A stretch of DNA of 64,000 bases from contig CM035360.1 of the NCBI GenBank assembly GCA_020137815.1, forward strand, positions 3,658,001 through 3,722,000, given 5' to 3'. Under the pieces are notes generated by a model. That model ran no database searches, was not told the origin of the DNA, and worked only from the letters and a program-made list of their open reading frames with translations. This stretch comes from Hormiphora californensis. Lineage: Eukaryota > Animalia > Ctenophora. A program made the position numbers and the translations under genes. This document shows, piece after piece, positions 27,463 through 56,341 of this stretch; the first letter of the stretch is position 1; each line of letters starts with the position of its first letter.

Positions 27463-28299
27463 ATTGCAGATGGTCTGCTAGATCTTAGCTAGATATATTA
27501 AACATGTTTTCAACGTGTTTGTGTGTTTGTCAATTTTAAATTATTTTGAATTCCATTGTACTAATAAGAGAGAGAGCTGCGGGAGAGGAGTACGTGCAGC
27601 AGATGTCGCAGCTCGATCCACAGAGCTCTCTATCGGGGGTATTAGTGGGAGTTCGAAAGGGACACCTCAATGCTGACGAAAATGCCATCAAGGGACACAC
27701 CTAAAGTTGGCAGTGCAGTGCCAAACACAAAAAGACATTGGAGAGATTATGAGAGGAGGAATGTATCATTGAGAGATATTGGACACAATCGATGCAGAGA
27801 TATTATGCACTTCTGACAGAGACAGATTGTTGTAAAAGACTCATTATGGGAACCAAAGACCAGAGAGAAGGAGATCGATAGAGGGAGAGAGAGGGAGAGA
27901 GATAGTAAGAATTTAGATATATATTCTAGAATGAGATTGAAAGGTTGTATGGGCAAATCACGTGCCCGTGTGTTTTATTAATATACCGATCATATATTAA
28001 GCTTGGTCGAGCCATGATATGTTGTGGACAATTGTAAATGCTATAAATTTGTAAAACTGAATTTTAGCACCCGATAGATCCGTGCAGTTTTATTATGTTG
28101 TAACTGATAAATTATCCAATGCATCTGGTATGTAATACGGCTATACGTCGCGTTGGTTGCTCGATCGAGCTACCTGTCCCAGGAGAATTATATCTCGACC
28201 AAAACGTCAGCCGACCCGAAATCGGATTAAATTTGGCCACCCTCTGGTCTCAGGGCCTCCAAATACGTCAAAATATGTTTAAATTATCATTTGGGGTCA

Positions 28300-28705
28300 T
28301 TTAGACCTTTTAATTACATGTAATTACTAATTACCCTTTAATTACATTTTAATTACATTTAATAACTTCCAATTACATGTCAATTACTTTCCAATTACTT
28401 CAGGACCTCGAGAGCTTTCGAACGCACCCAAGAAAACCTTTCTACTCCTTCTAACTGCCGAGATCTGCATACCCCTTATTTTGACTGTTTTTCGCGTCCT
28501 ACCCCTTATGGATTTGGGTACGGCACCCCCTATACGTCGTGGGACCTCGAGACCTTTCCAATGAGCCATATAAATCCTCTCCACGACTTCAGGGGGCTTC
28601 AAAACTTTCACTCTAAAAATATATATGGTTATGGTTAAGGTTTAATGTTTTTTTTTCATCTGGTATTAAGGGCCTGTCGGCTCGGCCCCGTTGTTTTAGT
28701 TTTAG
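28300..28705. repeat. Interspersed repeat, possibly a non-autonomous Helitron-like element
   Basis: AATTAC subrepeats at the left end, internal GGACCTCGAGA duplications, and a GC-rich hairpin-like GGGCC...GGCCCC followed by TTAGT at the right end. Classification is a guess. Confidence 0.35.
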
Positions 28706-29063
28706 GGGGATGGTTTAGGGGGGATGGGTTGAGTTTGGTTTATATTCGGGTCGGGGGGCCTTGCCAGTCCCTGAATGGATTATGTTGGTGGCACAGTCAC
28801 CTCACTCGTTGAGACAATGAGTTGTTTTGATGCGCTTCGCACGGGAGTTGTAAAGCCTAAAGGTGCAGGTGACCGCATCACCAGTGGTTTTTATCAAACC
28901 AATTTGGTTGCTCGGGGTGGCGGCAGGGAAATCAGTACCAAAATGGACCGTTGCTGAACGCCATGAGAAATAATACCAAGAAATAAAGATCTGGGACCTC
29001 AAAAGAAAGGAAATTATATGGCGAGGTGTTTGCATGCAGTTTGACTTGACAGTAGAAACACGG

Positions 29064-29097
29064 TAACACCGGAACGCTAATTAGCGTTCCGGTGTTA
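29064..29097. repeat. Perfect 34-bp palindrome
   Basis: TAACACCGGAACGCTAA|TTAGCGTTCCGGTGTTA. Confidence 0.9.
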
Positions 29098-29333
29098 ATT
29101 AATTAGGCGCATATACCACGGAAATATGACATAAGGCATGGTATTACTGTGTCCACTGTCCAGTGTCCAGTCCACAGTAACCTGTAACGCCATCCGCCAA
29201 TTGGTTTTTGGTGCCGCTTACTTCCGACCCCATTAGCTGATTAGCCAGGACCTTGGTTGGTAACAGCGACCTGCGACAATACAAGGCTAACGACCACTAG
29301 GGCACTGGTCAGCACTCAGCAGTGGAAAAGCAC

Positions 29334-29410
29334 CCGTACGTACTGGTTTTGGGTGTCTTTCCCTCAGATACGGTATCTGAGGGAAAGACACCCAAAACCA
29401 GTACGTACGG
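29334..29410. repeat. 77-bp perfect palindrome (38-bp arms, 1-nt centre)
   Basis: CCGTACGTACTGGTTTTGGGTGTCTTTCCCTCAGATAC-G-GTATCTGAGGGAAAGACACCCAAAACCAGTACGTACGG. Confidence 0.9.
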
Positions 29411-29584
29411 TATGTAGAAGGTCGCTGGTCGTAGCGTTATTATTATTGTATCTCAGTCATGTGATCTAATCTGTCTACCTCTGTGTGACAGGGGGCAGTG
29501 GTGGTATGGGATCAGATCTCAATAATCGATCCTTGGGTGAGTGTGTGACATGTGATCCAACTGGACGGATCTGCATTTTATATA

Positions 29585-29755
29585 CAGTCGGACCCCGATT
29601 TACCGGGCCCTGATTTACCGGAACCCCGATTTACCAGGAGGATAATCTTCCCCCAAAATAGGAAATCAACAGTATTTACCCCCGATATACTGGGCACTCC
29701 GATTTACCGGGCAAAACCCTTCCCCCGAGCATCCCGGTAAATCGGGGTCCGACCG
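29585..29755. mobile_element. Tc1/mariner-pogo type MITE (171 bp, TA TSD)
   Basis: TA|CAGTCGGACCCCGATTTACCGGG ... CCCGGTAAATCGGGGTCCGACCG|TA: 23-bp TIR with one mismatch, CAGT start, TA duplication and internal CCGATTTACC subrepeats. Confidence 0.85.
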
Positions 29756-30171
29756 TAGTAAGATAGTGAAACATGGCCTGTTTAATATGCATTACAGATA
29801 AAGAAGATGAATTGTAGTCACCACTGTTTCTAGTTCAAATACTTAAAGTACATACACGAAGTTCTGTTGTCATTCTCACTTGCATCAACTTGGACAGGCT
29901 TGTTTCCAAGTATCCGTTCAAAACATGTTGTCTCGTGATCGCGATTCGCGTGTTTTCAAAGTTACTGTTGAACCGTAGGTATGTAGCTAAACCAAAATCA
30001 GAGATGAATATTATACGCTTGCTTCTGCACATGAAATAGCCTGAGTCTAGGGTCCTGGATGTGATTTGAAACCCAGGGTGGCCTACAAGCTGCAAGACCT
30101 GGGTAGGACTGCCATATCCGAACTTTCATGGGCGAACCCAGGTCGGCGGAGGAAATTAACCGTTTGTAGCC

Positions 30172-30500
30172 TGCATCTCACCACACTGGCTGTACTTCTA
30201 TAAGTAAAGCCCATCACACTCCACTGCACCACACCATACCGACTGTACTTCTAGAAGTAAAGCCCAACACACTCCACTGCACCACACCATACTGGCTGTA
30301 CTTCTATAAGTAAAGCCCAACACACTCCACTACACTACACCATACTGGCTTCACTTCTTTAAGTAAAGCCCAACACACTCCACTGCACTACACCATACTG
30401 GCTGCACTTCTATAAGTAAAGCCCAACACGCTCCACTGCACTACACCATACTGGCTGCACTTCTATAAGTGAAGCCCAACATGCTCCACTGCGCAACACC
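30172..30500. repeat. 53-bp minisatellite, about 6 copies
   Basis: Unit ~CTGTACTTCTATAAGTAAAGCCCAACACACTCCACTGCACTACACCATACTGG repeated head to tail with scattered substitutions. Confidence 0.9.
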
Positions 30501-31226
30501 TCACTGGAACCCTTCCACCCCCATACCCCCAATTTTGGTGTCCATTTATAATTTATATCCCCCTTTTTTCTTTGCCCCTTTTTTGTTGTCTTTTTTTTTT
30601 TTTTTTTTTGGATCTTTTCTGCTTTACTTTTTTTTTTTTTTTTTTTTTCTTTTCTTTTTTTTTGATTTTTTGATTTTTTAACCCAGGCTATTGCTAGAGT
30701 AAGGAAGCGAGACATGTAGTCACCACACTGTGTTTCTAGCCCGAAGAATACCTTAAAGTTTTACGATCTAGAAGTATGATTTCATATTCTTTCACCGACG
30801 ACAGACTGGTGGTGATTCCGAAAGGATGATCCGGTACTATGCTGTCTTGCCTGTTCGGCGAGACTTGGCTGTGTGACTGTTTACAGTCCCAGATGAGCGG
30901 CCCAAACCAAACCAAACCAAACCACAGTACTGTGGACTGTGGTGTTTCGCAAGGTTCTCTGCTAGGACCACTGACCAGCGACCAGTCTTGTCCCTGTTGT
31001 ATGTGGATTGTGGAAGAACTCCAAGATGGGGTACAGAGCTGGCAACGGACTATGTGGTAGCACTTGCCAAGATATTTGGGATGACTGTCTGCAGTGCCGA
31101 CCCTGCCAGGTCAATGCTCTGACAGCACCAAGAGTCGCGACCTGTCTGGCGGCGCCAGACAGGCCGCGACCCGGTCCGATCGTCGAACTCGACCCGGTCG
31201 GCGGTCTGACTCACTTTCAGTGTCAT

Positions 31227-34206
31227 GCAGGGATATCTTATCTCAGAAGTAAAACAGACGTTGTGCAATGTGCTCTCTTAGAAATAGATGTTAACCAGTA
31301 AGAGAAGTAGCGAATAGGCCACAAAAAATAAAAGAAAAATAAACAAGTAAAATAAAAGAAAAGGAAAGAGATAAACAAACAAAATAAAAGAAGAGAGTTC
31401 AAAATAAAATAAAAAATAAAAATTTAATTTAATTGGACAACTTCGCGCCGCGCGCAAATCTTACAACTTCACCGCCGCGCGGCGCGTGATGTTCTGCAGA
31501 ATTCTGTACACGTACGGCGCTGCGACTCAAAAAAGCTTTTAAAAGTTGAAATCGAGTCGTTTTCAAAAAATCTTTTAGACCAAAAACTGATAAGTTTGTC
31601 AAAAAGATGACGATTAAACAATTACTCATACATTTGTGACCTTGTGTTAAAGGGATACTGACATATTCAAAAAATTTTGACTTTTTCAACGATCCTGGGT
31701 GTGGTAACTGATTGGGAGATAAAAATAGGATGAGTCGAAGTGCGAACTCTCTACTCCCTCTCGTTCTCAAGATATAGGGCCCCACCTTTTAGCACTTCGT
31801 AATTGGTTATGGTAAAGGGGGAGAGTTGTATTGCAAATTACATGTAAACACGAGTCTGTTTATCTGTCAATATCTCAACTTTCACATGCACGATTTTGAC
31901 CGGATTTTTTTCTGGGAGTGAGAAATGTTTTAAATTTTTAGTATTTTCTTATGATTTATCAGAATGACCAAAAATATCAGTAAATAAACAAGTAAACATT
32001 GCAGTTTGAGGTGAACTGGAGTACATTGTCAATTAGACCCAATTATGGTCAATTAGGGCACTTTGCCGACCTCTGAGGACTTGGAAAAGTTACTGATGTG
32101 ATTCAGCGTATCAAAATTAGTGTGTTAAGTGCCCTCACATGCGATATTTCAGCATTTCCAGTTGAAAATGCAACTATCGCCAATTAGACTGAATTATGCT
32201 CGATTAGGACACTTTCTTCACCTCTGACGGCTTGGAAAAGCCGCTTACGTGATTCATCGTATCAAAATTAGTGGGGATAGTGCTCTCACATGAATTGATA
32301 ATGTTTTCATGCGATACGTTACAGTTACGATCAATTAGACCCGATTATGCTCAATTATGGCACTTTCTCCACCCCTGAGCGCTTGCCAAAGTTGCTCACG
32401 TGATTCAACGTATCAAAATTAGTCGGGTATAGTGGTTTTGCCTTTTATACCAATTAGTTGGCTAAATTTTTCAGTTTATACTCTCCTAGGATACAATATT
32501 CATTTCAGGGCTGAATAATTAATAACTATTGACTATTTTGTTGACTATGGGCTAAATATTAACAATTTGTATGTAAAATTGAGGAAGCACAGCCAAGTCT
32601 GATTGACATTAGTTACTGAATACCATGATAATATTGTTCTAAGAAGGCATACATTACATAAAAATCACGGTCTTGCTTAGGTATAGTTTTATCTATTCAT
32701 GACAACACTAGAGACAAATGGAAACAAAAAACGGAAACTAGAAGTGGTCTTAAAGTTTTTAGAAAAAACCCGGTCAAAATCGCATGTGTATTAGCTGAGA
32801 TAATGACATATAAACAGGCTCGTGTTTACCTGTAATCTGTAATACTGGTCTCCTCCTCTTACCATAACCAATTAGGAGGTGCTAATATTCGGGTCCCTAT
32901 ATCTTGAGAAGTAGAGGGAATAGAGAGCTCGGACTTCGACACAATGTATTTATTCTCTCAGATGATGTGATTGAGCAATGTTTTACTAAAATTTGAGATG
33001 GTCGATTTGAATATGTCAGTATCCCTTTAAGCTGTTTTTTTTGTTGCTTGTTAATTTTTAGACCCATCAAACATGTCTAACCTCGCCATGAAGCAAGAAA
33101 AGTTGTTATTTTGACCGTTTTGCCTACTTAAATTTTCTATAAATCAACGATCTGTTATTGGATTGGTATGAAATCTTGGATTTTAGTCGAAAATTGTCCC
33201 ATAAACAACTTAAGCATGGTCCCGACTGGCCATTTCAATCAGAAGTTTGTCAAAAATGCCAAAATCCAAAAAACAAGAAAATCAAGTTACGGTTCTCCTA
33301 GTTGGCAGATTTCAACAATTTGCCCAAATCTAACCATAAATCGGATATACACGAAAACTTGGTTCTTGGTAGAAAAATGACCATTTTAACGATTGGCACT
33401 AGTTTCAAATTCCTATCTCAACGTTTTCAATGGTTTAGGGGCCAAAAACCTCCAAAAAATGGTAAAAAATCAACTTTTGACCATTTTACAGTCATTTTAG
33501 AGATTCGACTTCAACGGCAATCGATTCTACGTGCAAAAATAGGTGGGGGTGACATATTTCGTGTGCTAAGTCATTATGGATTTTTCGGGACCACGTTTAA
33601 TATAGCCAATTTTGACCCAAATCAAATAAAAGTTAAAAAAAAGATTTTAGGGAATGGAATGTTTTTTCCCGCACCGTAGCGCCATTCTGTAGACCCTCAG
33701 CTACCACGTACAAGTGGTGGTTTCCCGTCGCATGCTAGGTCGTGTTAAAATTTCACCAGGCACGCCGTGGCAGGCAGGGATATCTTATCTCAGAAGTAAA
33801 ACAGACGTTGTGCAATGTGCTCTCTTAGAAATAGATGTTAACCAGTAAGAGAAGTAGCGAATAGGCCACAAAAAATAAAAGAAAAATAAACAAACAAAAT
33901 AAAAGAAGAGAGTTCAAAATAAAATAAAAAATAAAAATTGAATTTAATTGGACAACTTCGCGCCGCGCGCAAATCTTACAATTTCACCGCCGCGCGGCGC
34001 GTGATGTTCTGCTGCGACTCAAAAAAGCTTTTAAAAGTTGAAATCGAGTCGTTTTCAAAAAATCTTTTAGACCAAAAACTGATAAGTTTGTCAAAAAGAT
34101 GACGATTAAACAATTACTCATACATTTGTGACCTTGTGTTAAGCTGTTTTTTTTGTTGCTTGTTAATTTTTAGACCCATCAAACATGTCTAACCTCGCCA
34201 TGAAGC
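31227..34206. repeat. Partial tandem duplication of a ~1.17-kb repeat unit (copy 1 31227-33773, interrupted by the TTAA element; partial copy 2 33774-34206)
   Basis: GCAGGGATATCTTATCTCAGAAG...TGTGTTAA/GCTGTTTTTTTTGTTG...CCTCGCCATGAAGC present at 31227-33094 (with insertion) and 33774-34206 (without insertion, two small deletions). Confidence 0.85.
31651..33026. mobile_element. Non-autonomous Kolobok-like DNA transposon (TTAA TSD, AGG...CCT termini)
   Basis: TTAA|AGGGATACTGACATATTCAAA ... TTTGAATATGTCAGTATCCCT|TTAA. Degenerate inverted similarity extends ~260 bp inward; three internal ~150-bp-spaced CAATTAGAC...CGTATCAAAATTAGT repeats. The empty site GTGTTAAGCTG is seen at 34139-34142 in the duplicated copy. 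Confidence 0.85.
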
Positions 34207-34271
34207 TACCAGGTCGGTGACACTTCCCGCTCCAAAACTTCAACGTGGTTTTACCGCCCATTTGCTCCAAG

Positions 34272-50580
<16,309 letters not shown>

Positions 50581-50792
50581 CAAACGGAATAATCCAATTA
50601 TCTCATTTTTATAACAGACACTCTGAACAACTACTACAGATCAATTTCTCCTTCTAATCTCTGATAGTGAAGTAGAGTTTCTCCCTCTGATTTCGCCCTC
50701 TTTATTTCTAAACGATTGGGTTTCTCATTATTTTATGTGTTGTGTATGGGTTTTGTTGTCATTAGTTGCTGATATAAACCATCATGTAGTTT

Positions 50793-50887
50793 TGTTGTTG
50801 TCATGACAACGCATTGTGTTGTTGTCATGACAACGCATTGTGTTGTTGTCATGACAACGCATTGTGTTGTTGTCGTGGCAACGCATT
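50793..50887. repeat. 24-bp minisatellite x4 containing the palindrome GTTGTCATGACAAC
   Basis: TGTTGTTGTCATGACAACGCATTG at 50793, 50817, 50841 and a variant at 50865. Confidence 0.9.
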
Positions 50888-51365
50888 TTCAGTTCAAGTG
50901 TTACTGTGCCATGTAAATAAAGATTACTTTTAGACTGGGTAAAAACGTATACTTTTCTAAATTCCTCAATTCCTCCCCACCTCAACCCCCAATAATTCCC
51001 AAAATCCTACTTCCCAACGTTTTGTCTCTCTCTTCTCTGCATTTGTCTTTTGATAGATCGTTTCCCCAGCTCTTGGCCCATGAATCTCTCAGCCGCCGGT
51101 GCCCCTCACATTTCCATTGTCCCTTGTATGCGGCCTACTCTGTTCACGACTTGCTTGCCGGCTGTTTTTCAGCGTCAAATCCTCCATGCCCGGTGTAATA
51201 ACCCGTTTAGTTATCAGATCGTAGTTATCTTTGTTCCTCCTTTTAACCGGTCTCGCCGACTTCAGCCCAACTGCCACCCTCGGTCCCTTCCGAACTGGGG
51301 CATCGCCCAGGATCACCTTGGTGATATCCCGTATACCACTCTTATCCATCTCTACCTTGACACCT

Positions 51366-52731
51366 TTAGTGGGTGATGGTGTTGTCTCCAGGGTGGTCGC
51401 TGGTGTTGCTGAGGGAGTAGTTCGCTCCCCAGTCGTACTCAGATCCACAAGTCGTAGCTTGGGATGCTGGCCGAGAGAGGTTGTTGATGAGCTGTAAGGC
51501 TGGTGTCATTCTCCCTCTCAGGTAGCCCTCCCCTTTAGTTTCCAGACGGTTCTGACCCCTAGCAGTCGTAAAGTCGTTTTTATCCTCGATCAGTTGGAGC
51601 CATTTAGGTATTATTGATATCACCGGTAACTTTCTTTTTAGTCGTTCCATTCTGTTTTCCCTTATCTTCTCGTAGTCTGGTGGTTTCGGCCCTTTTTTGG
51701 CTGGTTTCTTCGGTTTTTCCTTCAGCGACTCCAAGAACTTCTCCCAGTTTTCCTCGTCCCGAAGGGTCTGGTGGGGCAGCTTGGCGAGCCGTATGGTGTA
51801 GTTCTTACTCGCTGCGGAGAGTGGAGGTAAAAACCTGTAGTAGGGGTCGGAGAAGAGCTTGACATAAACATACCCACTTGCAGGGACCTCCGCGGCCCGT
51901 TTACATTCACTAAACCGTTCAGCCAGGGCGACTTTCCGGGCCCTTTCCTTGAACTTATCAAGTGTGGGCGATGTCGAAGTGGTCGAGGCTGTTGAGTTTC
52001 GAGTTTTTAGAATTGGACGTTTTTGGTGGGGTTTTGGCATTGGTTCAGAGTTGGTAGGTCGGTATTCTGACCCGAGTAGATCAAGGAAGAATGTCTCTTT
52101 GAAATGAAACTGATCGGTTGTTTGTAGTCGGTCCAGAAACTTGAGTATCCGTTCTGTTCGTCTCTGAAAGAAAGAACCTGGTTAGAAGATACACACTAAT
52201 GTACAGATCTGTTTGAACGATATAACATGAAACTTCATCGTGTGAGTTGTGAACATCTGGTGGGCAGTGGGCTCAACTGTTTCAGCTAGTATAGGGCTCC
52301 TGTAAAGCCCGGTAGAGTTTCATTTTCAAATTTGATTAGTGTATCCGAATTGTCGGTATTCTTATCCTACTTGGGTTGTGTTACTAGATACTGCTGCAGT
52401 TGTTGCTGCTTGGCAGTGTGTACTGTGCACGTGTCGCTATTGAGACTTGTATTATACACGTGCAATTGTTGCAGCTGAGAGAGAGAAAGAGAGGGAGCGA
52501 GAGAGAGAGAGACAGAGAGAGAGCAGAGAGAAGAGTGAGAAGACTCGAGGAGGAGACGAGGAGTAGAGGACGAATCGGAGCGAGAGAGAACGTTGAGAGT
52601 CTGAGAGAGAGAGAGAGGAGAGAGGAGAAGAGGAGAGAGAGAAAGGATGAGAGAGAGAGAGAGAGAGAGGAGAGAGTGAGAGAGAAGAGATAGAGAGAGA
52701 GAGAGAGGAGAGAGAGAGGAGATAGAGATGA

Positions 52732-52762
<31 letters not shown>

Positions 52763-53515
52763 TAGAGTATGTACATTTAGTATAGGGCGGGTGATCTGCA
52801 TACAGCTGTCCGCTCAATATAGTATTGGAGTGTGAGTGTAGGTGTTGAATGTCAGTATGACGTAGTACTGGTCGATTCTCTCCATTCTTTGAACGAATCC
52901 GTCTCATCCTTTGTATTTGGAATCAAGCTCAGTGCAGTAATACCTATTCTCTGCTACTCTATCCTGCCCCACCCTTGTTTTGTTCAAATCCGGGGGGCAA
53001 ATTAAGACAACCCCACCCACCTCTTTACATGAAGTTGTACATACTGATCAACATCTCAATACACACATTTGGCTCTCTTTCTCTTGGCTCACGTTTATTT
53101 AATGTTTAGCTAATAACTCTAAGCCTATTATAATAGTGATTCATTATTTGCCCCTATTTGTTGAACATGAACATGGTTGATAAAGCTAATGCATTATCAT
53201 GATTATAACCCGGCCTAATCTCACATGATAATCCCACTCCCGTGATAACTCCACTCTCCAACCATTACCAACTCCCATAATAACCCCACTCTATCACATA
53301 TGAAGCTGAACCCCCACTCTCTCATCACACTCACATGCATGCCCGGGTCGCGGTGATTCTTGTTCCTCTCCAGTTCCATGTGCCACAAACTCAGAGTCCG
53401 AGTATAATCCTTCTTGAACTCCTCACTTCTCTTTGTCAGACCCCTCTTTGTTCGTTCCAGTGCCCTCTTTTGGATCTGAAGGAGGGTGTGTTTTGAGTTG
53501 TGGGCTTGCTGGTAT
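51366..53515 (-). CDS. Protein of unknown function (basic, partly coiled-coil); 5' exon(s) not located
   Basis: Exon 53515-53335 (YQQAHNSKHTLLQIQKRALERTKRGLTKRSEEFKKDYTRTLSLWHMELERNKNHRDPGMH|GTGAGT) splices in phase 0 to acceptor tttcag at 52163 (RRTERILKFLDRLQ...), which runs into the 224-aa ORF ending at 51366. No recognisable domain. Confidence 0.65.
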
Positions 53516-54835
53516 CTGGGGGTCGGGGGAGGGGATGATATAAGAGAGTTACGTAACAGGTTGGATCTTGTGAGGGAAGAGAGGGAGAGAGAGATATACA
53601 TGATATGAGCGACTAGAGAGAGACAGGGGGAGAGAATATTGGGTTTGTAATTCTATTCTCTCGACATTCGGTTCCTTTTCATTCAATTCTTCCCTCCCAT
53701 TTGTTCCCTCCTTTAGCGGGGCACCCTCTACACAAATATTCACTCTGTGTGTGAATATTTCCCGCCCAAAAATGTGCCTGCAGACTCGCTGACCAAGTTT
53801 GACTCACGCCCCCCTCACGCCATGCCATATAAATTACTAAATTGACGGCTTGTTATACGTTGTGCTAAGTAGGGGCAGAGAGAGAGAGAGAGAGTGTGAG
53901 ATAGAGAGGGAATGAGAGAGAGGGAGAGAGAGAGAGAGAATTATGTTTAAGTGGCTGCTAAGTAAAGCGACAATCAAATTTCACAGGCTAGGTTTTCTAT
54001 ATTAAGATTTAAGTTGTAACGTAGCATGCTTTCACAGCTCTATCGCCCCTCAGCTAGATCTTCTTTTGTTCCAAAAATGCTGGAATTTTGAACCTTTTTG
54101 GAACTGATACATTTAAAATTAAACCTTAAATAAATTAAAATCAGCCAGGATTCTTACCTCATTTCTCTTCATGGCAGATGTTTCAGACACGACTCTCTTT
54201 ACTTTTCCTACCTTCCTGAAAACAGTGAAAAGGGTGTTTAGTTTTCACACTGCAACAGTCAGCACTAGCTGTTGACTCGATTCGACGTGTCGGTTTTAAT
54301 TATTTTCCAAGCCATAGCTCATTTGAGTTCAGATGCGACCGTAAACAGTTATATACCCTGCTAACTTAAATAATGCGCCAGTGGCGAGAAGTCCCACTAG
54401 CGCGCTCTCAGTAAACAGCCAGTCCAGCGGCAGATTATTTCCCACTGGCAGGTTATTTATTTTTAACTCCTACGTAACATTCAAAGTGTGTGTAAATGAT
54501 CAGTTCTTACTAAAATACAGAGGGAACACTATGTGCAACACTTACACACTACATTGGAGAGAAAGAAAGGACACATTCCGTCAATTACTCTCTCTTTATC
54601 TCCCCTTTTGTCTCACTATCTCTTTCTCTGTGTTATGTGTGACATGCCCCTTATCAGGATATTTCTTTCACTCTCTTTCCTTAGCAACTGCTTAGTAACT
54701 GTTACCAAACAGTGTACACTCAATTGTGAGGTGTTTTTAACTATTTCTCAGTTCTCTTTGTGTGTTTTGATTAGTGTTCTCTCTCTTGTTGGTGTGTAAT
54801 ACTTGAAATAAACAACTAAAGCAGGGTATATAACC

Positions 54836-55023
54836 CATAAACTCTGACCACTGGCACGTTATAGGTTTAAACCCCTCCGCCTCTCCCTCGGCTCCGCCTC
54901 GGGATCGTCGTCGTGATTTAAACCAGTTTATCCGCCAGCGGCGGATAAACTCCAGCTAACTTCTCCCAGCGGCGCGCTGGGAGAAAGTTATCTGAAATAA
55001 CGCGCCAGTGGCCAGAGTTTATG
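54836..55023. mobile_element. MITE-like element with 27-bp TIRs and internal hairpins
   Basis: CATAAACTCTGACCACTGGCACGTTAT ... ATAACGCGCCAGTGGCCAGAGTTTATG; internal AGTTTATCCGCC-AGC-GGCGGATAAACT-like and TTCTCCCAGCG...CGCTGGGAGAA hairpins. No TSD seen. Confidence 0.6.
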
Positions 55024-56191
55024 CCTCATGTATACCATTCCATTTCTCTAAAGTTGTACTGTATCATCACAAGGCTTCTTGACATGCTCTAGCTATTAAT
55101 TCTTCGAAAGAAACCTGTTTTGTTAAAAACATTGTGCGAATTGTACAAGTGTGTAATTTTTGGCCCTTCCACAAAAACTAAGATCTAAGTTACAAAACGA
55201 GTTTCCTTGAAATTTCCAACCATGCCTCCCTTTCTCCATTAGATCACACACGTACAACGTTTATATCATGTGCTGTTAAACTCTGTTCTTGATGTCATTG
55301 AATGTATCGCGTCTACTACAGCTCGCTCTCTGCACGTGCATGCTTGACTAGGAGATATCACGTGACACCCATATATCTCGCTAGGGTACACACACATTGT
55401 CTGGCGGCGCCGACCTGATCTGAAAACCAAAACGGGGTCTGGCGCCGCCAGACAGCACACACTGCTCGGAGAGGTTGCGAGAATAAAATAGTTATAGCTG
55501 CTGATCGAGATATAAAAGACAAAAAAGATAAAAGACAGGGACCATAAACCCGCACCAGCGCAGTGCGCCCACGAGCACCCACGGGGGGGCCAATATTTGA
55601 TAATATTCATCCCGTGCCGGGTTGGTCCACAATCTCATGATAACATACAGACCTTTATACCCTAATTATGCTATAGAAATGATCCTTGTGTTTTAGTTGG
55701 AGGACACCGAGATGAATCTTATCAGCTATACACATCATTTTCTTGTGAATATGATCGTGCTATGATAATGATTCGAATTTGACTGATTTATAGAGTTTAT
55801 GGTGAGATGAGCAGGATATCTGGATATATTCATTATGGTAGGGTGGTTCCCTTCATGAAGTGTCTCCCCACGAAGGGAACCATCCTACCATGTATTGATT
55901 GATTTAGTGAAATGACATATCTCTACCAAACCTACATCACACGAGAGGGTATAGCTCTGCCTTTATACAGCCAACCCTTTATACATATCACTGATGATCA
56001 AAGATTGGTTATTCCTAATATTATATTGCATACATACCTCCGTGAGCTTTCGCGGAGGGGGAATTTCATTACCTATCGTCTGGTGTGGTTCCTATTGACA
56101 TGACTTTATCATGAGACCTTATAATGATGAGGTTATATCGTGATGAGACATGCCCCTGTCATATATCCTGGACGTAATGATATACACAAAA

Positions 56192-56341
<150 letters not shown>

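Noticed and set aside
28775-29040. Coding exon(s) upstream of the palindrome cluster
   Set aside because: Coding-like composition but interrupted by stops and not linkable to a recognisable protein.
30172-30500. CRISPR-like repeat-spacer array
   Set aside because: Contiguous 53-bp tandem units with no variable spacers.
31651-33026. piggyBac element
   Set aside because: TTAA TSD fits, but termini are AGG...CCT rather than CC...GG.
31227-34206. LTR retrotransposon with ~430-480-bp LTRs
   Set aside because: Direct repeats lack shared TG/CA termini, PBS, PPT and TSD; no gag/pol inside. Better explained as a partial tandem duplication.
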